Below, one piece after another: positions 1-8,212 of a DNA stretch of 50,153 nt. Origin of the DNA: a virus (Duplodnaviria > Caudoviricetes); the IMG/VR virus record IMGVR_UViG_3300049454_000013, positions 1-50,153 of that record, one strand, 5' to 3'. The stretch's first letter is position 1. The number at the start of each line of letters is the position of its first letter. The translations under genes and the position numbers were made by a program. Below the pieces are notes generated by a model. That model was given only the letters and a program-made list of their open reading frames with translations. It made no database searches and had not been told where the DNA came from.

Positions 1-127
1 TGCTGTATTACCGTATAGTGAAATTGATAAGGTTGGAGCTGGCATGTATAAAGGAAAAGCTGTAAGTTTGAAGCAACGGCGCTCATAGCTCAGTTGGTAG
101 AGCATTGCTGTTCCACAGCAAGGGTCG
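1..127. repeat. 127-bp terminal direct repeat (identical to 50027-50153); circular assembly overlap, genome 50,026 bp
   Basis: 1-127 matches 50027-50153 exactly. The length equals a common assembler k-mer (127), and the repeat cuts through a CDS and a tRNA. Confidence 0.95.
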
Positions 128-152
128 GGGGTTCGAATCCTACCTGAGCGCT
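79..152 (+). tRNA. tRNA-Gly(UCC), atypical
   Basis: Acceptor GCGCTCA/TGAGCGC, D-arm GCTC-AGTTGGTA-GAGC, anticodon arm TTGCT-GT-TCC-AC-AGCAA, T-loop TTCGAAT, discriminator T. T-stem GGGGG/CCTACC has one bulged A. CCA is not encoded. Confidence 0.9.
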
Positions 153-174
153 CATTTTTAAAACCCCTAATACG

Positions 175-498
175 ATGAAACAAGCAATTGAATTTATCTT
201 TGATAATGTCCATATTATCATTGCAGTAGCAACATTCCTGATAGTTTTATTTTTTGTTTTCTTTGGTAACAGGTTTTGCGTCCGGCATTTTTGCTTTAAG
301 CCGCGAATATTTGTTAGCCCTGAATTTACATTCATTCATTGTGAGAAGTGTGTAGCAGAAGATGAAAACCCAAAGGTGAAATGTTCGTGCGGTTGGAAGG
401 GCAGGTTTTTAGATTTGGAGGAATATACCTACTGGGATGATACTATAACGGTATGGCATTGCCCAAAATGTGAGAAGGAAATAAAGGCACCCTTATAA
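175..498 (+). CDS. membrane-anchored Zn-ribbon hypothetical protein
   Basis: N-terminal hydrophobic helix and several CxxC pairs. Confidence 0.65.
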   Translation: MKQAIEFIFDNVHIIIAVATFLIVLFFVFFGNRFCVRHFCFKPRIFVSPEFTFIHCEKCVAEDENPKVKCSCGWKGRFLDLEEYTYWDDTITVWHCPKCEKEIKAPL

Positions 499-524
499 TT
501 AAACTATATAAAAAACAACAACTT

Positions 525-1004
525 ATGCAAAAATTTCAATTGAAACAGTACTTAATCGTTGCCGTTCTTTTCATTGCCGTTGCCTGTGTTAATACTAAAC
601 AAAGGCCGTTATACCATGCACACAGGGGGATTGATGATACCACTTTTAAATTCAACAAAAAGGTTGTAATCTCGTTGGTAAAGGTTGGGGCTGATGAATG
701 GGTGAGCCATGTTGATAGCTTTAAATACCAGGGCGCTTTTTTTTCTGTAAGGGTACGTGATGGGAAAATGATTGTACCAACCCTGGATACATTCACTGTA
801 ATTAAAAGATGGCGCTCAAAGCTTAACAGTAATTGGTTGCACTATGAAGTTTCAGACAGTATAACAAAAGGAATTCGCTGTACGCTTATTGAAGATTTTT
901 TCTTTATGGAATTCCCACAGCAGGCAGGCAAATCAAAAACGGTAATCTTTGACGTTATACAGAAGCAAGGCGGTTTCTCGGATAGAAAGTATTTCAAATC
1001 ATAA
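525..1004 (+). CDS. putative lipoprotein
   Basis: Signal peptide ending IAVAC, A-rich leader. Confidence 0.6.
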   Translation: MQKFQLKQYLIVAVLFIAVACVNTKQRPLYHAHRGIDDTTFKFNKKVVISLVKVGADEWVSHVDSFKYQGAFFSVRVRDGKMIVPTLDTFTVIKRWRSKLNSNWLHYEVSDSITKGIRCTLIEDFFFMEFPQQAGKSKTVIFDVIQKQGGFSDRKYFKS

Positions 1005-1016
1005 ATCTTTAATTAT

Positions 1017-1334
1017 ATGTCACGTATAAACGTTTGCCCGGCATGTAACGCCCAACAGCATGGAGTGAAAAGCCGGATTGCATTTGAGCATACTTGTGGT
1101 TTGGAGACAGGGGCGGTGCCTGAATTGACTGATGAAAGTGTTTTAACATTTGGAGCACATAAAGGAAAGGCGCTTGCTAACGTTCCGGCATATTACCTTC
1201 TTTGGATATTGGACAATTTCAGGGATTGGCACAGGCAACCTGGATTGAAAAAATATATTCAGGCTAACGAAAAATTATTGTTAGAGGAAAAGAAAAAAGA
1301 AGAGGAAAAACGTTTTAATAAAAACAAACAGTGA
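1017..1334 (+). CDS. DUF3820-like protein with N-terminal CxxC/HxC motif
   Basis: LTFGAHKGKALANVPAYYLLW matches the FGKyKG...vP..YL.W pattern. Confidence 0.7.
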   Translation: MSRINVCPACNAQQHGVKSRIAFEHTCGLETGAVPELTDESVLTFGAHKGKALANVPAYYLLWILDNFRDWHRQPGLKKYIQANEKLLLEEKKKEEEKRFNKNKQ

Positions 1335-1672
1335 TGGCATCGCAAACAGGGCAGGCCCGTATTATTCAGCTATTCAATGAAAATTATGATGGGGTTGAAC
1401 TGCAGGAGAAGTACAGGAAGTTCTACCAAATGTATATGGAGCATGAAGGGGAAACCGTTTTGCGCAACCGGCTGCAGGTTGTTAAAGATGTAATTACTTC
1501 GGGCCCGCGAATGACAAAACCGAAAATAAAAAAGTATGTTCAATTCACTTTAGAGCAGTATGATGTTGTAGTAGTGCAGCATTGTAACGAACAGGAAAGA
1601 GAAGAGCATATTTTGTATAATAAAGGGTTGGTAGTAATGGCAGCGTATGAGCTTATTAACGACTATATATAA
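1334..1672 (+). CDS. hypothetical protein
   Basis: ORF coupled to the upstream stop codon (GTGATG). Confidence 0.6.
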   Translation: MASQTGQARIIQLFNENYDGVELQEKYRKFYQMYMEHEGETVLRNRLQVVKDVITSGPRMTKPKIKKYVQFTLEQYDVVVVQHCNEQEREEHILYNKGLVVMAAYELINDYI

Positions 1673-1690
1673 CCTGAAAAATTAAATACA

Positions 1691-2224
1691 ATGAACCAAC
1701 GAATTACGCCGCCTGCAATATTAGCAGGCAATTCCCATGTAGAAGCTTTTTGCCACATGCAATATTATGGTGCCCATGCAAGTGATGTGAAGTATATTGA
1801 TAGGAATTCTTTAATGACCAAAAAGCATATAGTGCTGTTGATATGGAACAGCCGGGACGGTGTAACGCCGTTTAATATGTTCAGCGAGGAATTCGGTATA
1901 GAATTGCAACACGTGAACTTTGCACAGGACGTATTTGATCCACGGTACAGGCCAAAGAAGGGGGATATGATTTGGCGGGATTGGACAGTAGCAGAGGCCG
2001 AAGCTACAGGGCTTCTTTCCTGGGAACGTGCTGCACGCGATTACGAAAGGCTGAAGCATTTAACAACCGCTGCAGAATTAGAAGCTGCAGGGTATCAGTG
2101 GAACCCTTTACCAATGCTGCAGAATATTATTAACGGTAAAGAAGCTTACATAAAAAATCGTGTGGATGATCTTGTAGGAAATAAGCAGCCCAAATTTGAG
2201 TTAGTGAAAGAAGATTGGAAGTGA
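1691..2224 (+). CDS. hypothetical phage protein
   Basis: 177-aa ORF with A-rich leader; IWNSRDGVTPF motif. Confidence 0.7.
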   Translation: MNQRITPPAILAGNSHVEAFCHMQYYGAHASDVKYIDRNSLMTKKHIVLLIWNSRDGVTPFNMFSEEFGIELQHVNFAQDVFDPRYRPKKGDMIWRDWTVAEAEATGLLSWERAARDYERLKHLTTAAELEAAGYQWNPLPMLQNIINGKEAYIKNRVDDLVGNKQPKFELVKEDWK

Positions 2225-2466
2225 AACGTATATACATTAGAAAGTTATTACGTGATGAATGGGTGAAACAAAATATAGAACTGTGCAATCTTGCTTATGA
2301 AGGAAAAAAGTTTTATCATAGTGACTGGAAAACGGAAGCAGGCAGGAAAATAGTAGAAATGGTACGCCGGGAAATTGGGTATAAATGTTCAACAGGCAGC
2401 GGGGATATATACTATAAAATATATTGGCACTGGAAAGAATTTAAAAATAAAAATGTAAACAAATGA
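2221..2466 (+). CDS. hypothetical protein, paralog of 5795-6046
   Basis: GTGA overlap start; shares GxK..R(R/K)E(I/L)GY......D(I/L)Y with 5795-6046. Confidence 0.6.
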   Translation: MKRIYIRKLLRDEWVKQNIELCNLAYEGKKFYHSDWKTEAGRKIVEMVRREIGYKCSTGSGDIYYKIYWHWKEFKNKNVNK

Positions 2467-2861
2467 AAAAGTATCTGTTAGTTTTAGCATTATTAGTTAT
2501 TGGTATAGCACAAGCGGAAGTAACAAAGCCACTTCCAATACAGAAGTTTAAATTTACTTCTACCATTACAACCCACGTAGCAGGCAGTTATTGGTATTAC
2601 GGTTCACCTCCATATACATACGAATTCGCCTATTTTGATATTAGGTGGACACCTGCAATTACTGAACCTTATATGTTAATATTCAGGTATGAGTACACTA
2701 CTTCCAACGGGGTTTCGCATTGGAGTGATTACTATATTAGGTATATGAGTTCAGGCAGTACATGGTATGAGGAATTTGATTATGGTGAGGGCCCGGTAGG
2801 GTTGGCAAGAAAGCCAACAGGGGCATTACAGATATATGCTTTCGGGCCTAATATTAATTAA
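2463..2861 (+). CDS. secreted Tyr-rich beta protein
   Basis: Sec signal peptide MKKYLLVLALLVIGIAQA. Confidence 0.7.
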   Translation: MKKYLLVLALLVIGIAQAEVTKPLPIQKFKFTSTITTHVAGSYWYYGSPPYTYEFAYFDIRWTPAITEPYMLIFRYEYTTSNGVSHWSDYYIRYMSSGSTWYEEFDYGEGPVGLARKPTGALQIYAFGPNIN

Positions 2862-2876
2862 CCTTAAAAAGATACA

Positions 2877-3134
2877 ATGAAAAAAACCGATGCGCTGTTT
2901 ACTGTAGAAGCACAGTACCAGCTTTTTTTAAAACGCATGGCATTAACTGAAGCCAGTATGCACCCTGATCAAAAGAAACAATTGAGGCAGGCATTTTATG
3001 GTGCCTGGGGGCAATGCCTGTTCCTGCAGAAAGATGAAATGCAACAACTGCAGGAAGGTGAACAGGTAGAAGTGTATGAAGCCCAGGTAAAGGAAATGGG
3101 TGAGTATTGGAAAACACAGTTACCACAAAATTAA
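2877..3134 (+). CDS. hypothetical protein
   Basis: ORF with AACCTT...ATACAATG leader; RQAFYGA motif. Confidence 0.65.
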   Translation: MKKTDALFTVEAQYQLFLKRMALTEASMHPDQKKQLRQAFYGAWGQCLFLQKDEMQQLQEGEQVEVYEAQVKEMGEYWKTQLPQN

Positions 3135-3138
3135 AGCT

Positions 3139-3474
3139 ATGCCAAAAAGAGAATATCACTTTGCTGTAATTACAAAGGCTACGTTTGTGCATGAACAGGG
3201 GGCACCAACTTCGACAGTAAAGCATACAGATTTACGGTTAGAGGTTTCTGGCAACCTGGATAAAACCCAGTACTTAGATGGTAAAGGGTTACCCCGGAAA
3301 GATTCAACTAAACCGATATTAGGCACGCTGGTTTTGGGCCTCGTTGCAGCCATGCGTAACGCTGCACAGAAAGGTTGGATGAGTGAAGCCGAATTGATGC
3401 ACTGGGTTACAGATCATCTGCAGGAAGGGTTTGTTACTTCCGGCAAGGCAGGCGAAAGCACAATGGAATATTAA
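3139..3474 (+). CDS. hypothetical protein
   Basis: Likely ATG start MPKRE just after the upstream stop. Confidence 0.6.
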   Translation: MPKREYHFAVITKATFVHEQGAPTSTVKHTDLRLEVSGNLDKTQYLDGKGLPRKDSTKPILGTLVLGLVAAMRNAAQKGWMSEAELMHWVTDHLQEGFVTSGKAGESTMEY

Positions 3475-3489
3475 TTAAAAAACAAGTAT

Positions 3490-3807
3490 ATGCCAGTTGA
3501 TCAATGTAGCGCGAATGACTTTCCAAACATTGACGCCTGTATTGTGGGTATGGATGAAGGGCCTTATACAAAGGCTATGTTAATGCAGTATGAATTGTTT
3601 AAGGCAAATCACGGGCATAGCGTTGAACCCGACTTTTATTTAGTTCATCCATTGGATTACCAATTGTTGTATATGGAATTAGTAAAAACAAAATTCGTAT
3701 ATATACAAGGCCAATGGAAGATGAAAATTGATGGTTATACGATGGGAATACCTGTTATTGAAAGTACCAATATTAAGCAACATGAATCATGTTTCGTAAT
3801 TAAGTAA
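3490..3807 (+). CDS. hypothetical protein
   Basis: ORF in the operon with A-rich leader. Confidence 0.6.
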   Translation: MPVDQCSANDFPNIDACIVGMDEGPYTKAMLMQYELFKANHGHSVEPDFYLVHPLDYQLLYMELVKTKFVYIQGQWKMKIDGYTMGIPVIESTNIKQHESCFVIK

Positions 3808-3836
3808 ACTAAGTTTTCACAACAAACACAAACAGT

Positions 3837-4568
3837 ATGAAGATCTCAAAAGTAACAATTACGGGCGCTGATGACAGCGTAAGGCCCGAACAGCTATTCG
3901 AATTAGCTGAAAAATATCCTTTCGTTGAGTGGGGTATTTTGCTTTCAAGAAACCAACAGGGCGGGCCCCGCTTCCCTTCTAAAAAGTGGCTGCAGGAATT
4001 GGAACAAACTGATGCCACATGGTACGAGCAGGAAGTTGCTTTCTCTGCTCACCTGTGCGGTGCATACGTGCGTGAATTCCTGGTCGGGGATATTGATTTT
4101 GCAAAGGGCATGGGTAAGCTGTGGGACGTATTTCAGCGTGTGCAGTTGAACACACACGGCATTGAACATAAATTTTCACCCTCTGAATTAGTGCGGCTGG
4201 TAAAAGAGTATTGGGAAAAGGATTTCATATTCCAATTCGACAATGCAAATGTGGAAATACTTAAAGAACTTATCAACGCACAGCTAAAAGTTTCCACTTT
4301 GTTTGACCTTTCGCATGGTGCCGGTACACTTCCTTCTGAATGGCCGAAGCCAATAGTAAATGTAAAGTGCGGTTACGCGGGCGGGCTTTCGCCTGACAAC
4401 CTGAAGGATCAATTATGGAAGATCATGCAGGTAGTCGGCGATGCTGAAGTGTGGGTAGATATGGAAACACATGTCCGTTCTGATAACAATAAGCAATTTG
4501 ATCTTGAAAAGGTTGATAGGGCTTTAGAAATCTCAGCGGCTTTCAGGGGCGAATACACATTATCATAA
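3837..4568 (+). CDS. phosphoribosylanthranilate-isomerase-like TIM-barrel protein
   Basis: VTITGAD at the N-terminus, LFDLSHGAG, GYAGGLSPDN and WVDMETHVRS parallel TrpF motifs. Confidence 0.7.
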   Translation: MKISKVTITGADDSVRPEQLFELAEKYPFVEWGILLSRNQQGGPRFPSKKWLQELEQTDATWYEQEVAFSAHLCGAYVREFLVGDIDFAKGMGKLWDVFQRVQLNTHGIEHKFSPSELVRLVKEYWEKDFIFQFDNANVEILKELINAQLKVSTLFDLSHGAGTLPSEWPKPIVNVKCGYAGGLSPDNLKDQLWKIMQVVGDAEVWVDMETHVRSDNNKQFDLEKVDRALEISAAFRGEYTLS

Positions 4569-4583
4569 TAAACTAAGTTCACC

Positions 4584-4790
4584 ATGCCAAATAGTTCTAT
4601 TATACAATATGTACTTAAAAACTGTACAGCCAATGAGGTAATAAACGGCTTCAGTAAAAAGTGGTTTGCACATATAACCCTGTGTGGTTATGACTTTTCC
4701 GAAGAGGGTAAAAGCGAGAAGGAAGCAAAAAATAAGCTGGCATATTCATTGGCAGAAAGTAAATTCATTGAAGCTAATTTTAAGGGGTAA
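4584..4790 (+). CDS. small dsRBD-like protein, paralog 1
   Basis: YVLKNC...F.A.I.LCG...GKSEKEAKNKLA resembles the dsRBD G.SKKEA helix. Confidence 0.5.
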   Translation: MPNSSIIQYVLKNCTANEVINGFSKKWFAHITLCGYDFSEEGKSEKEAKNKLAYSLAESKFIEANFKG

Positions 4791-5044
4791 TGAGACAGGC
4801 GAAGCGGGAACCATACCAACGGGCAAATAAATCAATCCGTATTTACAATTACGTTCTTAGTAACTGCAGTGTTAAAAGGCAGGGCAATATCTTTAAGGCA
4901 ACAATTGAAATTTGCGGGCGTAGGTATGTAGAGGTAGCGGAAAAGAATTACTTAGCGAGCAGGAAGCTGGCTAATGAGATTTCAGTAAGTAAGCATGTGC
5001 AAAAGAATTTCCCGGCAATGGAGGAACAGCTAACATTATTCTGA
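4790..5044 (+). CDS. small dsRBD-like protein, paralog 2
   Basis: YVLSNC...FKATIEICG...ASRKLA aligns with 4584-4790. Confidence 0.5.
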   Translation: MRQAKREPYQRANKSIRIYNYVLSNCSVKRQGNIFKATIEICGRRYVEVAEKNYLASRKLANEISVSKHVQKNFPAMEEQLTLF

Positions 5045-5208
5045 TGGCAAAGTTCTGTATTAGTGGGAAGGATAAAGAAACGGGGCAGTTCTATTATAAA
5101 AATTCATGGACTGGGCCCAGGTGCCTATGTGGATATTGTTTTTATTGTTTCATTGAATTCATGGGTGAATATCAATTCACTCCTTATAAAGAAATGAAGC
5201 GCCGATAA
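5044..5208 (+). CDS. 54-aa Cys-rich small protein (not in the ORF track)
   Basis: TGATG coupling; MAKFCISGKDKETGQFYYKNSWTGPRCLCGYCFYCF...KRR. Confidence 0.55.
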   Translation: MAKFCISGKDKETGQFYYKNSWTGPRCLCGYCFYCFIEFMGEYQFTPYKEMKRR

Positions 5209-5416
5209 AGTTACGAACGTCAAGTGTAGCACCCATAACGGGCACGGCCTTTGGGAATAGCCTGGGAAGTATTTCGATACATAGCAGGCTCTGGAAGTAG
5301 GCAGAACCCCGTAAAGCTGTAGCAAAGTTTTGCGCCGGTTCATTCAAAGTGTACCGAAACAGTCGCCGTGTTAACCGCTCCTTATTCCGGTATATGGTTA
5401 CCGTTCGGAGGCGCTT
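5197..5416 (+). ncRNA. candidate structured ncRNA (~220 nt), family unknown
   Basis: Nested helices AAGCGCC/GGCGCTT, CGAACG/CGTTCG and CACGGC/GCCGTG, plus a GTAT-TTCG-ATAC tetraloop and other hairpins in a GC-richer, mostly non-coding gap. Confidence 0.55.
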
Positions 5417-5450
5417 TTTAAAATGTAACTTGTAGGGAAATCATAAAGCC

Positions 5451-5798
5451 ATGCCGCCCCAGGCTGTAAAGAAACGTAAGGTTATTAGATCAGCAGCTAC
5501 TGAGCATGATAGAATGACAAAGGGACAGCAGATAGTGAATTTAATTTGGGAGAATACCCAGGCCCGTATAGCGCTGTTTGTGATTGTTGTTGGAATGGTC
5601 ATTAATTCGATTGTTATAATCCTGATGATCATTCTTATACGGGAGGTTACAGTTGTACAGGTAGCACTTATTTCACTATGCCTGCAGTTCATAAACTTTA
5701 CTTCTGGCATTGTCATTGGATTCTATTTCAGCCGTACAAACCATCAGGCAATCGGCGGCATAGGAAGGAAGCCGCGACAGAAATATACAGGAAGATGA
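5451..5798 (+). CDS. two-TM membrane protein, possible holin
   Basis: Two hydrophobic helices, GFYF motif, basic C-terminus. Confidence 0.5.
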   Translation: MPPQAVKKRKVIRSAATEHDRMTKGQQIVNLIWENTQARIALFVIVVGMVINSIVIILMIILIREVTVVQVALISLCLQFINFTSGIVIGFYFSRTNHQAIGGIGRKPRQKYTGR

Positions 5799-6046
5799 TG
5801 CACGAAAAGCGATACAGCAAATGGAATAAGAAGCGGCTGAAGTTCATACAGCGGCATAAGCGGCTGTGTATTTCGGCTTTCGCGCCGTTGGCTTCCATGC
5901 AGTGCGGGCACGGTACAGAGCCCGGTAAGAAGCTTATAGCGGCTGCACGTAAGGAACTGGGCTACTCCCCGAAATATACCCCTGTTGATCTGTATTGCTC
6001 ATTGAATGCACTATACAAGCGAAGTCAAAAAACAAAAATAAAATGA
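5795..6046 (+). CDS. hypothetical protein, paralog of 2221-2466
   Basis: ATGA overlap; GKKLIAAARKELGY...DLY. Confidence 0.55.
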   Translation: MMHEKRYSKWNKKRLKFIQRHKRLCISAFAPLASMQCGHGTEPGKKLIAAARKELGYSPKYTPVDLYCSLNALYKRSQKTKIK

Positions 6047-6321
6047 AACATACCTTTAAGCTTAATGCACAATTCTTTAAAGACAAAGGCGCTTCAATTA
6101 TCATTATTGGCAATGTCAGAAAAGGCGATGAGGTTCGCATTGGGGTAGCAGGTGCAGACAATGTATTCATAGGCTGGATTGAAGATGAAAAGACAATTGA
6201 AACGTTGGCCTTAAACATATTAACAGCACTGGGTAAATTTCAACCGCATGAAGGAAAGAATAAAAAGGTACATGCAAAACAACTTCCCCTGGTCTCAGTT
6301 CAAACCAATCGGCATATTTAA
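6043..6321 (+). CDS. hypothetical protein
   Basis: ATGA overlap, start MKHTF. Confidence 0.55.
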   Translation: MKHTFKLNAQFFKDKGASIIIIGNVRKGDEVRIGVAGADNVFIGWIEDEKTIETLALNILTALGKFQPHEGKNKKVHAKQLPLVSVQTNRHI

Positions 6322-6592
6322 TGGACTGAAGTTTAACGACTATGAAGGGCAGGCGGCAAGGATATGCACCTTCTTTGGGCTGAAGGAAGTATTTGAATAT
6401 TCGAAGATCGGGGAGGGCTGCAGGTGCCATTTGTCTTATGATATCAATTGGGAGAAATTGGACATACTTCCTGCAAACATCAAATTCGTAGAAACCATTG
6501 AAACGCTGAACCCAATAATAGGCGGTAAGATGCCGCTGGCAAAAGTTGTCAGCATAGTAAAGAAACCAGGGGAACAAACAGAACTGTTTTAA
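6272..6592 (+). CDS. hypothetical protein
   Basis: ORF ending QTELF; start position uncertain. Confidence 0.55.
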   Translation: MQNNFPWSQFKPIGIFNGLKFNDYEGQAARICTFFGLKEVFEYSKIGEGCRCHLSYDINWEKLDILPANIKFVETIETLNPIIGGKMPLAKVVSIVKKPGEQTELF

Positions 6593-6826
6593 TATGAATC
6601 AATATTTAATAGTAGTGGAAAGGCTGTTGAGTTGGGAGGAATACCAGCAAGCGAAGTATAAGCAGTTAAGGTACCGGAGGAAAATGCAGCGGTGATTAAT
6701 TTGGATTGTAACCTACACTGGGCAATTCACTTCCCCCGCCTTTCCCTGGTCTATTTTAAGAACTGATCCAACACAAAATATAATTCACTTTCGCAAACTA
6801 AGTTTTACCTGTTGCCGCTTTTTGCT

Positions 6827-6834
6827 ACATTTGA
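6827..6834 (+). promoter_or_regulatory. Bacteroidota sigma70-type -7 element TACATTTG (similar sites at 13234, 29384, 29501 and 32452)
   Basis: Matches TAnnTTTG in intergenic gaps upstream of operons. Confidence 0.55.
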
Positions 6835-6859
6835 CAGGCATAACACACAACATTAACAC

Positions 6860-7435
6860 ATGGCAGTATTTAAGTTAACTGACAATTACATTGCCTTTGC
6901 CCATGCCGTAGCCGGGGGAATGGATGCATACAAGGCTTATATTGAGCACATTGCGAGAAACAAAAAGGTAAAAAAGAAAAGTGCTTCAGCTATTGCAAGT
7001 AAATTGATGGCAAGGCCGTTGATCCAGGACGTAATAGTAAAGGCACGGGCAGCACGGGAAGCCGCTATTATAAGCAATACGGCGCGTGTAGTGGCAAAGG
7101 AATTCAGCACTACCATATTAACGGTCGGGGAAATGGATGCCTACCATTGCGCTATAATACAGGGCATGGTGCAGGTTGAGGAAGTAGTACCAACGTTTGC
7201 CTTTGAATACGATAAGGAAGGCAGGGTTATAAAGCGCAGCCGTTCGTTTGTAAAGGTTCAGCGCCCGCCCAACATACGGGAGAAGCAGATTTCAATTTCC
7301 GAAATGTACAAGCGCCTGGGCAGTTATGCAGCCCGGAAGTTCTTAGGAGCAATCGGTAATATAAATGATGAAGGGGAGTTGCAGAACGTTGAGAGGTTTG
7401 TTATATTAGCGAGTGGCGAAAAAATACCGTTATGA
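6860..7435 (+). CDS. probable terminase small subunit
   Basis: N-terminal HTH-like LT...F...AY...ASKL pattern; located upstream of terL. Confidence 0.6.
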   Translation: MAVFKLTDNYIAFAHAVAGGMDAYKAYIEHIARNKKVKKKSASAIASKLMARPLIQDVIVKARAAREAAIISNTARVVAKEFSTTILTVGEMDAYHCAIIQGMVQVEEVVPTFAFEYDKEGRVIKRSRSFVKVQRPPNIREKQISISEMYKRLGSYAARKFLGAIGNINDEGELQNVERFVILASGEKIPL

Positions 7436-7692
7436 GAAAGAAAACAAACATGGGAGCCTTTGCAGTACACTTCCCGCTGTACTATGACCTTGCTTTCAAT
7501 GCTTACATTCCTGTGCAGGCAATGGGCAGGGAATTGTTGAATGAACTTCAGCCCGATGAAGTAATTGAAATGCCTATGTGCGAATGTGGATGCCAGGGCG
7601 TGCAGCGTGTGGTAAGGTTCGAACGCTTCAGCGAATTGATCAGGGAACAGAAAGAAAAGCGCCTCGTGTTTAACGTTCCCCTCACCGTTTAA
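7432..7692 (+). CDS. hypothetical protein with CxCGC motif
   Basis: ATGA overlap. Confidence 0.5.
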   Translation: MRKKTNMGAFAVHFPLYYDLAFNAYIPVQAMGRELLNELQPDEVIEMPMCECGCQGVQRVVRFERFSELIREQKEKRLVFNVPLTV

Positions 7693-7702
7693 ACTAAGTT
7701 TA

Positions 7703-8212
7703 ATGACAGCAAAGGACATACAGACAGCCATTCTATCCCATTACTTTCAGCATGACCATATATATGCCTGTACAAACTTTGAAGGCTGTGGGTACGCTGA
7801 AATGGACGTTATAAGCATAAGCAGGGCATTGTTGGTATATGAATTTGAGGTGAAGATCTCGAAGGCTGATTTCCAGGCAGATTTTGCAAAGCACTTCAAA
7901 CACATCAACCTGCAGCACGCTATTAAGAAAGCTACATTGCCGAACAGGTTTTATTACTGTTGCCCCAGGGATATGGTCAGGCCCGATCAGGTACCGGCAT
8001 ACGCGGGCCTGATGCACTTTGGATATGTAGCGGGCGAAATAGAATTCGCTATTATCAAAAAGGCCCCACTACTTCATAACGAACGGGCCACTGCTCAACT
8101 AATCAACCGTATATGCCAAACCTTATCTACACGGCTGGCATTGAATTGTTCCCTTATGACATACAGGCGCAATAAAAGAAAGCTGAAGGCTTTAGCAGCA
8201 CAACATGACTAA
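7703..8212 (+). CDS. PD-(D/E)xK nuclease-like protein (MmcB-like)
   Basis: EMDV...YEFEVKISKADF.AD..K and NRFYY..P motifs. Confidence 0.7.
   Translation: MTAKDIQTAILSHYFQHDHIYACTNFEGCGYAEMDVISISRALLVYEFEVKISKADFQADFAKHFKHINLQHAIKKATLPNRFYYCCPRDMVRPDQVPAYAGLMHFGYVAGEIEFAIIKKAPLLHNERATAQLINRICQTLSTRLALNCSLMTYRRNKRKLKALAAQHD

Noticed and set aside
1-127. Terminal repeat as a biological DTR or as attL/attR at a tRNA
   Set aside because: It is exactly 127 bp, starts mid-CDS and ends mid-tRNA, with no flanking host DNA and no integrase. An assembler overlap explains it best.
6594-6767. Possible small or frameshifted gene upstream of terS
   Set aside because: Only 33-codon fragments in two frames, with no recognisable motif; it cannot be supported.
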